Assembly: GCA_951406725.2 (NCBI GenBank)
Contig: OX597820.1
Coordinates: forward strand, 96,534,001-96,598,000
DNA: 64,000 nucleotides
From: Octopus vulgaris
Taxonomy: Eukaryota
Direction: 5' to 3'
This document shows, piece by piece, positions 48,094-60,293 of this stretch. The position numbers and the translations under genes were made by a program. The notes below the pieces were generated by a model that saw nothing but the letters and a program-made list of their open reading frames with translations, did not search any database and was not told the DNA's origin. The first letter of the stretch is position 1. Each line of letters opens with the position of its first letter.

Positions 48094-49304
48094 TAGGGTG
48101 CGTTCAAAATGTATCCGACTTTATTTTTCTCGCTAAAACTAATATTGCATGGACAAAATCCTTTGGATGAGAGGTAACGCTACCCTTCCTGGGCATAGGT
48201 GAAAATTCTCGCGCCGATAGGCCACGTCAGTTCCCGGCTGTTACATCTAGTGTGCGCTCGCTGGGTTTTCGTTTACACGCAAAACGACCGAACGTATCGA
48301 GCAGAGACCGTAAATTCTTGTCTCATCACCAGTGATGATGGCCTTCATGAAGTCTTGGTTGTGGTTTGCACAGTCCAGCGTGGAGTTGCTTCCGCTGATC
48401 TGCCATCACTTTGGGGGCTAATTTCGCTGACATTCTCCGCATGCACAAATCCTCTGTTAAAATGGAATGCAATAATTCAGTACTTATTCCCACTCTGTGA
48501 GCAAATTCCTGCATTGTTACACGACGATTTTCTATTATTATTCACCAAACTTCTCAATCGGCTCCACGTTTTAGCTTGTGCATGGACTGCCTGAGCGTAC
48601 CTCACTTTCCACTGAGGTGCGGCCAAGCTTGAAGCAGTTGTACCACTCCTATTTCTGAGTTTTGCCTATGGCGTTATCACCATAGACCTGCTGAATCTTC
48701 TTGATGTTTTGAGGTTGAGTATCACCAAATTTTTGGCAAAACTTGATTTTTTGTTGTTGTTTTTTTTTTGTTCCTTCTCGAGCCATGCCTGGCTCATAAG
48801 GGCCGGTTTCTCGGTTTCCTTGGCGTATAGGTTCCCCAACTGGACGGGACGCCGGTCCGTCGCAGGTCAGCTGCAATATGCAGGAGGAAAGAGTGCGATA
48901 AAGTTGTGGCGAAAGAGTCAGCAGAAGTTCGCCATTACTTTCTGCCGGAGCAGCATAGAGCTTGGGTATTTCGCTCATAAACACACACTTCACCCGGTCT
49001 GAGATTCGAACCTGCGATCCCTCGACCACGAGTCCGCTGCTGTAACCACTAGGCCATGTGTCTCCACTTGGCAAAACCTGATGCAATATTTCAACTCCGT
49101 ACGTTTGGTGAAAACGAAAATCGACGAGCGCACACTACACGTCTGTACTCAAGACGCAACAGTCGGGAACTGACACGGCCTACTGGCTCTAAAATGTTCG
49201 CGCATGTACAGAAAGGGTGGCGTCACCTCCCACCCAAAGGGTTTTGCCCACGCGACATTAGTTTTGGCAGAAAAAATAGTCGGATATTATTTGAATGAAC
49301 TCTG
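48094..49304 (-). mobile_element. Rearranged mariner element with long inverted ends
   Basis: Transposase N-terminus IKFCQKFGDTQ...VYGDNAIGKT...GISTELLHSILTEDLCMRRMSAK...TGDET. TIRs AGGGTGCGTTCAAA..ATCCGACT / AGTCGGAT..TTTGAATGAACTCTG. Confidence 0.85.
48748..49067 (-). mobile_element. SINE with C-like head/body and a different tail, inserted in the mariner
   Basis: Head GTGGAGACACATGGCCTAGTGGTTACAGCAGCGGACTCG, and a 15-bp TSD TTGGCAAAAC(T/C)TGAT at 48733 and 49068. Confidence 0.85.
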
Positions 49305-49315
49305 TACGCGCGTGT

Positions 49316-49520
49316 ACTCTTTTACTTGTTTCAGTCATGTGACTGTGGCTATGCTGGAGCACCGCCTTTCGTCGAGCAAATCAACCCAGGACTTATTCTT
49401 TGTAAGCCTAGTACTTATTCTATCGGTCTCTTTTGCTGAACCGCTATGTTACCGGGACGTAAACACACCAACATCGGTTGTCAAGCGATGTTGGGGGGTC
49501 AAACAGAGACACACAAACAT

Positions 49521-49551
<31 letters not shown>

Positions 49552-49636
49552 GATATACACGACAGGCTTCTTTCAGTTTCCGTCTACCAAATCCACTCAC
49601 AAGCTTTGGTCGGCCCGAGGCTATAGTAGAAAACAC
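49316..49636 (-). mobile_element. SINE family A (head-truncated)
   Basis: Tail and body of family A. Confidence 0.85.
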
Positions 49637-50353
49637 ATGAGCGCGCGCGCGTGTGTGTGTGCGTGTGTGTCAAAGAGTACGGCATTCAGTAAAAATATTT
49701 GTAAAATACGCAAAAACAAAGAAGTTGTTTACTGGTAATGAAATTTTTGTGTCGAAGAATATTTGATTACTGTTGTCTATATGTAACCTTATATCAGTGT
49801 GTAGCAAATCTATTATGTATGAAAGAAACTAGTTTACCTGGTTGGTTGTTGAAAATTACTTTGTGTATATCGATGCAAATCACTGTAAGAATTATGGTCT
49901 TTTTGTTTAAAAATTGTAAAAGACTCTTTCAAGATGTTATGCTTCTCTCAAGGACAAGTATGGCACCCTCTGGAGCTATTAATGTAGTTAAAGATGTGTT
50001 CAGTAACTGATGAAGTGATTTTTATATTTGTTAATATTTTCCTCCTTTAAACTTATGATATATTTGGATAATGATGGGATAAAGCGTCTTTGTGAGCGAC
50101 TGAATGTAAACACATTTTGCGAAAATCACTTTTAAAGGGATTTGTAGTAAATCCTATATAACTTTTGCTTTCACATTTGTTTACATGAATACTGATCACT
50201 TGATAAACTTATGTCATTGTAAGAGACATTCTGTTGAGATAAAGGACAGGTTTTTGCATTTGCTGCATTTGCATAGAAGAAAAGTGATTTGCATTTTCGT
50301 ACTAGAAAGTTTTCTTGTTTATACTGGCTGTACAAACATATGTCGATACGTTT

Positions 50354-50708
50354 ACACTTTTACTTGTTTCAGTCATGTGACTGTGGCCATGCTGGAGCAC
50401 CGCCTTTAGTCGAGCAAATCAACCCCAGGACATATTCTTTGTAAGCCTAGTACTTATTCTATCGATCTCTTTTGCCGAACCGCTAAGTTACGGGGACGTA
50501 AACACCAGCATCGGTTGTCAAGCGATGTTGGGGGAACAAATACAGACACACAAACATATATACACACACACACACATATATATAGATATACACGACAGGC
50601 TTCTTTCAGTTTCCGCCTACCAAATCCACTCACAAGGCTTTGGTTGGCATGAGGCTATATTAGAAGACACTTGCCCAAGGTGCCACGCAGTGGGACTGAA
50701 CCCGGAAC
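50354..50708 (-). mobile_element. SINE family A (head-truncated)
   Basis: Tail, body and B box of family A. Confidence 0.85.
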
Positions 50709-50709
50709 G

Positions 50710-50751
<42 letters not shown>

Positions 50752-50947
50752 TGCTTATATGCATTCATGGTGTTTCCTTGCTTCAATTGTTTGAATACTC
50801 AATAACCCAAAACCTAAAATTTCGATTCAAGAAGTTTCAGCTTGTAATAAAATTGCAGCTCATAAATAATAGAGTTTACATAATGAGTAATTTTCCATTT
50901 GTTTGTAGAAAGAGATGTTCACCAATCCGCACGCGCACACGCACGCA

Positions 50948-50995
<48 letters not shown>

Positions 50996-51139
50996 CACAC
51001 GCACACACACGCACAAACACACACACAGACATATATATGCATATACTTATACACATAATTTAGATTAGTTTTGACCACTTACTTGGTAGCAAGATTGTGA
51101 AGGAAAGCATATTATTATGATCATCCGTTAAATCTTAAG

Positions 51140-51900
51140 AAAATCTTGCAGATTTTTATTGTTATAGATATTATGATCATTTGTAGCGTATGAATTAGGA
51201 GTCAAGGAGTTGCATTCTCTCCCCCAAGAACCCAAGTCCAGCCATACTTTGCTCCAGACGAGTTGGTACCTATCTTGTTGCTCCAATAATAATAGATATG
51301 AGGCTTGGTCTATAGATGTTACCTTTCTCTTGTATATTTCTGACCACACTGGTGTCCAGAGAACAACCGACGCAAAACAACTTTCACTAATATACTTTTG
51401 ATTTACCGGTTTCAATATAATCAACTTCGTCTGTTGGTGTTTTCTTTTTTTTTTTTTATCCTGTTCCACATTGTTCTGGCCACTGCATCATGCCTCATGG
51501 GAAGATAATATCTAAGAGTCATTTTCTCATTGTTGGATTTAATGTGGTCCGTGCCTTCAGTTTTGGTTTTGAGCGACTTACATTTGTTGTCTGTCAAGCC
51601 GCTCTGCGTTTTCTTGTGTTCCAATCTACATTTTTGTCACTTATTCTTTTCCTCGCCTTTCATTCTCTTTCATTATTTTTGTTGACTCCATTATTTCATG
51701 TATTTCTCCATCTCATATTGTGCCTGAAACTGAAACTTTCATTTCTATAAATCTACCGTGCTGAATAATTCAGTGAAAGCTGAATAATTGATCTCATGAT
51801 TTAGATCAAGAACTACGTCATTTGGTTTGTAGTAGTGATCCTAACTAAGCAGCTGCTCTAAAATCTATGGGTTGATGACATTGCAGCATTGGTCTTCAAA
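51140..51900 (-). mobile_element. Degraded RLE-type LINE relic (related pieces at 53540-53770 + and 58190-59690 -)
   Basis: Zinc-knuckle region DNKCKSLKTKTEGTDHI...KMTLRYYLPMRHDAVART. The same motif appears at 53580-53700. Confidence 0.65.
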
Positions 51901-52057
51901 TTTAATGTACTTCCACACAACCATCTGCAACTGTGCTAGTTTCCAGTGACGTTTGGAAAAGACCCTTCCGTTCGAAGTATTATCTTCTCATTCCATGAAA
52001 AGATGATACTTTGTTCTCTCCATAACTGTCATGTACTTTATGTGTAATTTTATATTC

Positions 52058-52373
52058 ATTGCAGCGTGGAAGGTGTTTGTAAGCCATTTAAGAAACACAC
52101 AAAAGCCGTTCGATTCACTTCAACATTTAAGTTTAATTTGTCAAAATATTTTCGTCGCTTTAAGATCGCGACCTATTCACTGACAAAAATCCGTGCTGCA
52201 TCTCTTTTTGTCAGTGAACAGGTCGCGGTCTTAAAGCGACGAAAATATTTTGACAAATTAAACTTAAATGTTGAAGTGAATCGAACGGCTTTTGTGTGTT
52301 TCTTAAATGGCTTACAAACACCTTCCACGCTGCAATTGTTTTCGTTTCAGCGCACGATCTCAGATCAAGTCAC
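52058..52373 (+). mobile_element. Palindromic mini Penelope-like element (copy 2)
   Basis: 132-bp arms 52058-52189 and 52205-52336 (2 mismatches), a 37-nt 3' extension, and a 15-bp direct repeat TTTATATTCATTGCA at 52049 and 52374. Confidence 0.85.
52207..52257 (+). ncRNA. Minimal type I hammerhead ribozyme, G3-C8 core variant (antisense copy 52137-52187 has G3-U8)
   Basis: TTTGTCA-GTGAACA-G-GTCGC(ggtcttaaa)GCGAC-GAA-AATATT-T-TGACAAA, with a 7-bp stem I and a 5-bp stem II. Confidence 0.75.
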
Positions 52374-53043
52374 TTTATATTCATTGCAAGCAATCAATGT
52401 GTATTTTGTTAGAACATCTGTATGTAGCATTCTGATTTGTTGCCAAGTTTAAAAAGAATTTGAATGCATGCACTATTTTGCTTCCAAGTAGACAAGTGGC
52501 CCGAATCCTTGAAGAAAATAAATAACTGTAGGCGTAATTGTCTGGTTTGACAAACTTTTGGGGCTAATAGATTAGAGAGAAATATTTTTTTTATGCTTCT
52601 GGGTGCATGAAGGAAAAAAGTAACCCCCGATTCTGAAACTGAACATAATTGATTATTGTTATGTATGCTGTTCTTTAGTTAGGTAGCAGCTTCGGTGCAT
52701 TAGTTGCAACTGCTTGGTGATAATCATCATCATTGTTAGGTGTCTCACGCCGTAGTTAATGATAAAGATCGTCGCTTTGGTTCAGTTTAAGGCCTAACGA
52801 CGGAATTCCATTTTCTTGCGGATACCCTTCTTTGTCCTCAATGGCAATAAATATTAAGCTGAAAATGGCATCCTTTTAATCAACTTTGATTATAAAAAAT
52901 TTCGATTTTGAACCCGGTGTCTGAAGTTTTCAGATCTTGTCTGTGATTTTGTCATAATGCAAACAGTTTACAAATAACCACAAACTTCCATCAACATTAG
53001 GAACAAAACTCAGAAGCTGAGTGGTGATTTTGAGGATGCTGCT

Positions 53044-53436
53044 GTTGTTGCTGTTGCTGTTGCTGTTGAACGAACGGTCTTCGTCCCAGAGCTCGCAAGA
53101 TGGGAGAAGTCCGAAACGGGGTCCTTTGCTATTCGTAAGATCCGCAGAAGAAAAAGCAGGTCACCCCCCGACACCGAGAGCATCGACGGATGGATGAATG
53201 TGCATCCAGGCTCAGTGGTTTCGTAGGAAGTCGGGGACAAGAAACAGGAAGAAAGAGTGAGAGAAAGTTGGAGCGAAAGAGTACAACAGGAGTCACCACC
53301 ACCACCCTGCCGGAGCCTCGTGGAGCTTCTTAGGTGTTTTCGCTCAATAAACACACACAGTGCCCGGTCTGGGAATCGAAACCGCGATCGTCCGACCGCG
53401 AGTCCGCTGCCCTAACCATTGGGCCATTGCGCCTCC
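53044..53436 (-). mobile_element. SINE with family C head/body and a different tail ending in (CAA/CAG)n
   Basis: The first ~190 nt match 23079-23270, then diverge. TSD TGAGGAT(G/A)CTGCT at 53031 and 53437. Confidence 0.85.
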
Positions 53437-54361
53437 TGAGGATACTGCTTCTGTTGTGGCGGCCACGCACTGTAGTGCAGTCAGTGATAGTAATGGAAGA
53501 GAATGAAAAGAGGGGAAAATAATAAGTGAAAAACAATTACACAATGAAGCACGAGAAAATGAAGAGCGGCTTTGACGGACAACAAATGTAGGTTGTACAA
53601 AACCAAAACTGAAGACATCGACCACATTATTTTCCAGCTTTGAGAAAATGACTCTTAGATATTATCTTCCTATGAAGCACGGTGCAGTGGCCAGAACGAT
53701 GTTGAACAGGATAAAAAAAATTAAATACTAACAGACAAAGTTGGTTATATTGAAACCAGTAAGTCAAAAGAATGTTGGTCTCACTAAAAGCAAACCTTTT
53801 CTCTCACGGTTTGTTTTGGACTATTCACAAATTCGAATCATGGTTTAGAGAATGTATTTAGAGTTGTATTGTTTTGAAGCAAGTGTCTGTTGCCAATCAT
53901 TTTAGTCAGTAGAATAGACTTTATCCATTTCCCTGGGGCACGCATGCACATAAACAGACACATACATACACACACACACATACACACACAAGATAGCAAA
54001 TTCAATGTAACAGTGATCGATATAGATTTCACAGCCGGATCGTTATTTGTCTTCTATTAACACTATGTCACTAGTGTCGGAGGTTTTACTTAGAAACTCA
54101 CGAAGACTCCGAAGAACCAAAGAAAGAAGTGAATGACTTAACGTACTTTAGTGTCAAAAATATATTTAACAAGTTTTACTGTAAAAAAAAAACATTGGAA
54201 GTGAAATATCTTAATTGGCCATAAGGTTAAATAATATAGTCTCACTAAAAGCAAACGTTTGGTTACTCGACCTACAAGATATAGCAGCCAAATGTTTCTC
54301 AAATGACATCCTGCCAACTAAAAAACAGAGACGAACATACTGCATAATGTTTTTTCAGATA

Positions 54362-54578
54362 TGAGGGGATTCTGAAAAGTCTCTGACTTTAAGGGTATTG
54401 CGAAAGGCCTGGTCAAAGTCCCAACCTTCAGAGTTCTTTTACAGGATTTAGGAAAACTGAAGGACTACTGCAATAAGTGTGTGAATCTAAGAGGGGAATA
54501 TGTTGAATAAAATCATAATTAACTGATCCCCCTGTATTTTCTTTTACCCAGAGCCAGGAACTTTTCAGCAACCCCTCG
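54362..54578. mobile_element. Mariner-type MITE (opposite orientation to 30048)
   Basis: TGAGGGGATTCTGAAAAGT ... ACTTTTCAGCAACCCCTCG with TA flanks. Confidence 0.85.
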
Positions 54579-55467
54579 TATACTATTTTATGTCATATGA
54601 CAAAGGCGGGATGGTCACAGCTAATATTATTGGATCAGGGTTGATCTGGGACTGTAATGTTATGTCGTGATAGCAGAGTTGGTAGAGCACCAGACTATAT
54701 TTACTTCTGTCCCATTAAGTTCTGAGTCCATATCTGACCAAGCTCAACTTTTTTATTTCGTAAATACGTGAGATAAATAGCTATCAGTAATAAAGTAGTT
54801 GTAGATTAAAGTTACTGTAGCACTATTCCCTACAATATTTTGCCCTACAACTGATAATGCTTACTGAAATTTGGTGACATTTAATATTGAACATCATAAT
54901 ATCTATTTTCTTGGCCGTTATGGAAATCGTGTCGTGCATCTCATATCTACTTATATCAAGATTGGTAGAAACATAATCAGCCTGTCAGTTTCTCAGATAT
55001 GAGAGATTGAAGAAAGCTTTTAGCAAGATTTATTATTATCAATCCTATCTGCTGTTTATATTAGGGAACCTATGCATATTTATATGGTTTCAGAATGTTC
55101 TATAAATATACTTATGTTTAATAATTTATCAAAACTAATATCTGCTAATTTGTTTAACATCTGTTATGCACGTAATTGTTTCAGTAAGATTCACAATGTT
55201 CTCAGTATACATATGTAGTCATTAGCAAATACGAACGTAGGACGTAAATGTGGAGCAATTACTAAATTAATACAGCGCTAAATTTATTCCAGTATTTGCT
55301 TAACTCTGGTTATCTACAGAAACGACAAGGATCTAAATTAGACAGCGTGATTCTTGCTTCATTGAATGTGAATCAGAAATTATTAGATCCAACTTCAACA
55401 TTCTTGGTGGATATGTTCACAACTTTTAACCACAAAATTATTTTAGGATAACATTAAATATACATTT

Positions 55468-55723
55468 CGTTTTGGGATTTGGTTTGCAAGATTCTTTATA
55501 TGAGTTCGTGTGTTGAAGCATATACTGTTGTGTCTGGGGAGAGTCATTTTCTTTTTGTGCCTTATAATATAACACACTCACCAGATAGTCAAAACTATTG
55601 AAAAGGTTGCAAGACGCAACGAAAATTTTAGGAAAATAAAAATAAGAAAAAAGTGGAAATTTGACCGGTGAGTGTGTTATATTATTAGGCACAAAAAGAA
55701 AATGACTCTCCCCAGACACAACA
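55468..55723. mobile_element. Second family of palindromic mini Penelope-like element
   Basis: 57-bp arms 55526-55582 and 55667-55723 (1 mismatch), and an 18-bp direct repeat AACATTAAATATACATTT at 55450 and 55720. Confidence 0.75.
55595..55631 (+). ncRNA. Hammerhead-like motif, U3-A8 core variant (weak stem I)
   Basis: CTA-TTGAAAA-G-GTTGC(aagac)GCAAC-GAA-AATT-T-TAG. Confidence 0.55.
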
Positions 55724-56666
55724 TTAAATATACATTTTAATATAAAGTTAGCAACACTATGTACACTCAGTATGACCGAATGATTAAGAAGTTCGCTTTG
55801 CAACCATGAGGTTTCGGGTTTGATCCCACATGACGGCATCTTGTGCAAATGTCATAATTTATAACCTCAAGACGGTCCTTACAACTGATAATGCTTACTG
55901 ACATTAGGTGACATTTAATATTGAACATCATAATATCTATTTTCTTGGCCGTTGTGGAAATCGTGTCGTGCATCTCGTATCTACTTATATCAAGATTGGT
56001 AGAAACATAACCAGCCTGTCAGTTTCTCAGATATGAGAGATTGAAGAGAGCTTTTAGCAAGATTTATTATTCTCAATCCTATCTGCTGTTTGTATTTGGG
56101 AACCTATGCATATTCATAAGGTTTCGGAATGTTCTGTAAATATGCTTAATAATTTATCAAGACTAATATCTGCTAAATTGTTTAACATCTGTTATGCACG
56201 TAATGCGATATAATGGTTTGTGTATTTACAAATTAACGATATTTTGAAATAAACGCAAAAAAGCTGATTGACTTTTAGACAAGCATACAAACCTTTTCCG
56301 TTTGATGTTAAAATTCCATTCTTTCAACAAAATTTCTCTCAACCCTAGAAGCTAACGAAATACTCCAGTTTGCAATAAATATTTCAAGTATTCGTTAGCC
56401 TTTAGCGTTGAGTTATAAAATATGACTGTCTATATTCATAGTTATATCAGACACTGTCTTGTCGCCAAAGTCCGGTGTTTGGAAATTTACTGATATTTCT
56501 CAACGTTTAGACCTTAATTTAGCTACAATTAATCATCTCAGGGTGAAAAATAACTTTGTTGCCTGAATATTAACAATGATATTGTAATTGAAATATGTTA
56601 ACTGTCTGAAATTACCAACATGGCTGTAAACTATTATTTATTCTTACTTTTCTTTCTTATTTTCAG

Positions 56667-57558
56667 CTTGAAAAGAAGACTCACTATGAACACAAATCGA
56701 ACAGCGACTCGAATTACTTCAGTTCTTCGTCGATCATCTACCAAGCGTGTTCTTACTGGTCCTCGACTCAGACAAACTATACGACCCTGCGTAGACGCCT
56801 GCGAAGAGCAAGGACTGTTGTCTGCCATCGAAAAGTGTCATCATGCATGTGTGATGAAGCATTTAATCGGAGGAGATTCCCCTGATGTAGGAACAACAAA
56901 GGATGACATGCCCGTAATTTTAGCTTGTAAAAATCCAGAGATTCTCGAACTGCTTTTAGAATTCGGATGCGACATCAATCGAACACCCAAAGCTGATACT
57001 TCTATTCCATCAAAAAGAACACCTTTGCATTTTGCTGCAGAGTATGGGTACTTAACAAGTGTGAAACTCTTAATTCATTACGGAGCTAATGTCGATGCTC
57101 ACGATGCAAATAACATCACTCCGTTAATGCTGGCCTGGGACAAATCGCAGGACCATGTAGCAGAGTATCTCCTGAGTGTCTACCTTCGTGACAAAAAAGC
57201 TGGCTCTTGGGGACACCATGCTCTGATGCAGTCGTGTCAGAATGGTCAATTAGATTTTGTTCAAATGTTAATTGTCAAGGGACACGTGAATCCTAATGCA
57301 CATGACCAATACGATGGTTCAACGCCTCTGATTGCTGCAGCTAAATTTGGACATATAGAAATTGTTAGATTTCTTCTAACTCGAAACGTTGATGCTACAT
57401 ATCGTGATAAACTACGAAATTTTACAGCTGGAGATTATGCAAGTGTCAATGGACATCGAGAATGCTGGCTTGTATTGCAAGAAGCCTCAGAAGATCTTAA
57501 AGAAGATATAATAGTGGTTGTTCAAACTACAAATACTCCCCAAGAAATTGTCAAATAA
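56667..57558 (+). CDS. Ankyrin-repeat protein, terminal coding exon (about 5-6 ANK repeats)
   Basis: Intact ORF with RTPLHFAAEYGYLTSVKLLIHYGANVD, ITPLMLA and GSTPLIAAAKFGHIEIVRFLL. A strong acceptor TTCTTACTTTTCTTTCTTATTTTCAG ends at 56666. Confidence 0.92.
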
Positions 57559-58007
57559 ATCTAATATACCTAAGTATATGATACAAAACCTCTAAAGATT
57601 ATTCAAAACACTATCAAACATATTTACATGTGTTTGTGTCCATACATGTGATATATACATTGATAATTATTCGTGTATAATCCTATAAATGCATTTAATT
57701 ATTTGGTAATGGGATGAATTTGCCAAATGTCAAATGAGTAAGCTATAGTTAGCTGTTCAAATCTGTACATTTAGAGAAAAGACTTTTGCATTAACGAAGT
57801 GCTAAACGAAAGATGAGTAGTTAGCTGGTTGGCTGGCTGGTTTCTTGGTCCAATGCTATAGTCCAAGAGACGATGTATAGCCTCCAGCCAAGTAGGGCTC
57901 GACAAAAGTCAGTTATGTGGCTTATCTATTCGTGTATATGTGTTATATAATGCCTTTTTTGTTTTTGATTGGAGTATGCTTTATGCTTATTTTGACCTGC
58001 GCTTTGT

Positions 58008-58049
<42 letters not shown>

Positions 58050-58815
58050 AAAAAAAACAATATCGAAAATAAGGGAATTTTTTTTTATCATTTATACATC
58101 AATTCACACTCAAAATTATACGGTCAAGCGGTGTTTTATTGTTCTATTTATCGTGAATGTCTGTAGCATATGAATTATAGAGCAATATTATTTTTCTTTT
58201 TCTCCAAGAATCCAAGTTCAGTCATACTTTGATCCCGGTGGCTTAGTACGTACCTTGTCACTCCACTAGTAATGGGTATCGTGCTGAAAGTGTATTTTGA
58301 ATACTGGATTAGTCTATAGACTATAGCTGCATGTCTTGTATATTTCTCTTGTATATTTCTTACCCCACCAATGTTGACTTCCCACTATAGAATTTTTTTA
58401 TTATTATGTCGTCCCAAAGAGCAACATAAGGCCAGTTGCGTCTTAATTCGGTCGCTGTTCTTATTCTTAGGTTCCGCCAATATTCTTTTAACCCACTAGT
58501 CTCAATATGTTCATCTTTATTTGTAGTTATTTCGTTCTTTCGTATTCCATTTCAGATTGCTCTATCTACAACAGAATGCCATTCAGTAAGATAGTATCTA
58601 AAGAAATTCTCTTCACAGTTGGCAATGCCACGGCTAATGTCTTCAGTTTGGGTTTTACATAGTCTACATTTGTTGTCAATTGAAGCCTTCTAAATGTATT
58701 TAATGGGAATTTCTTGCTGTGTTCTTGGTCTAGTTTATTCCTTCTATGGTCTGTGCTTTTCGTTCACGCTAAGTGAACTGGTATATATTATTTCATCTTG
58801 ATAGGATTAAAAAAG

Positions 58816-58912
<97 letters not shown>

Positions 58913-60293
58913 TTCAATTTTGCGACTACAATTTCTTTAAAGAATATACAGATCCGATAATTGAAGTTTCACACTTTCGGTGATACATTCGGAATCACAC
59001 ATACTCTCTTACTGAAACTTATCACATATCAGTTAATATTCGGGTTGCTACTACAATGTTTCCTCTTCCTCCGAAGTACATGATACATCCGCTAAGACTC
59101 TCCAAATTCACGTGCCTATCCGATCACCGTGACTTATGTATTATAGCTCTTCCCCCTGCAAGATTGAATATAAACCTTTTAAAAGAATTCTTCATCCATG
59201 GAGTTTCAACTCTGACCTCCTCTTCCTTGTCCACACGTTTTTCTATAAATGTCAAAACGTGCTCATAAACCATATATCTGAGCAGAGCAGGGTGAAGATA
59301 TTTTAAAGAATTGAGAACTGCCTGTTTTTCCTGACTCCTGACCGTTTCCTTCAAAAACATTCATTCACTTTTGACCTACTTTGGTTTTATTTATTCGCGA
59401 TATTTCAGTTGCCAGACCCGTAGGTTGCATCTAAGGCACTGCTTTTTAACCATTTTTATACCACAGTTCCCTTCTTAAAAAGCAACTCGTCTGCCCCACC
59501 ATAAACTTGTGTATTCAGAAGTCTTAAAGTTTTAATGCAAGTCTTTTTTCGTTTATTTATTTACGTCCCATTCTGAAGTAACCAATTTTGAGAAACTCTG
59601 GTCTTGGGTTTATAGACCCTAAAATATTCTGAGTAAGGCTAAACGCACAACCTTATCTTGAATTAAACAATCCATAATCCTTTATGTTGTTTTATATAAT
59701 ACTTTCAGCCAAGCGTGTAAATGTGTGTGTGTGAATGAGAGGGTATTTCAGAGAAAGAAATACGTGCATGCGAGCCAATCGTTAAGTTTCATCGACACAA
59801 TTTAATAACTGAACAGAAACCAGAAAACTACAAATAACGTAATTACGTGATGTCATGGTTCGTGTTTTTACAAATAAACGATATTTTGAAATAAACGCAA
59901 AGGAGATAAAATATGCTTTACGAATAAAGTTTCATTGAAAAACAGCTTCACAACGTGTAATTTTTTTTATTTCAGAAAAATCTGATAAACAGAGTTTTGA
60001 CACCATAGAAACACAATTAAAGGCATCTAATTTGCTTTAGTACCTAATGAGTGACAATTCCAATCATAATTTAGTTATTTCGGCTATATTCATATTTAGA
60101 GAATATATATTAAATGCAATACTTTCAGAAATCTTTATCATTACCGTCATAATGTTGTCCTATTTGGAAAGCCTTAATCTCAAGGTTTCTTATTTCTATA
60201 TGGTTATGTAGAACCAGACTAGATACGATATCAGATCTCTTTAACTAAAGGTATATGTGTGAGTGTGTGTGCGTGTATGTATATACACACACA

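Larger units (their letters stand above)
54846..56204. repeat. ~330-bp direct repeat pair (54846-55176 and 55880-56204)
   Basis: Colinear sequence with scattered substitutions. Confidence 0.9.

Noticed and set aside
56620-56666. Hydrophobic N-terminus MAVNYYLFLLFFLIF of the 312-aa ORF as a signal peptide
   Set aside because: It is the translated polypyrimidine tract and acceptor ending TTTTCAG, so it is intronic.
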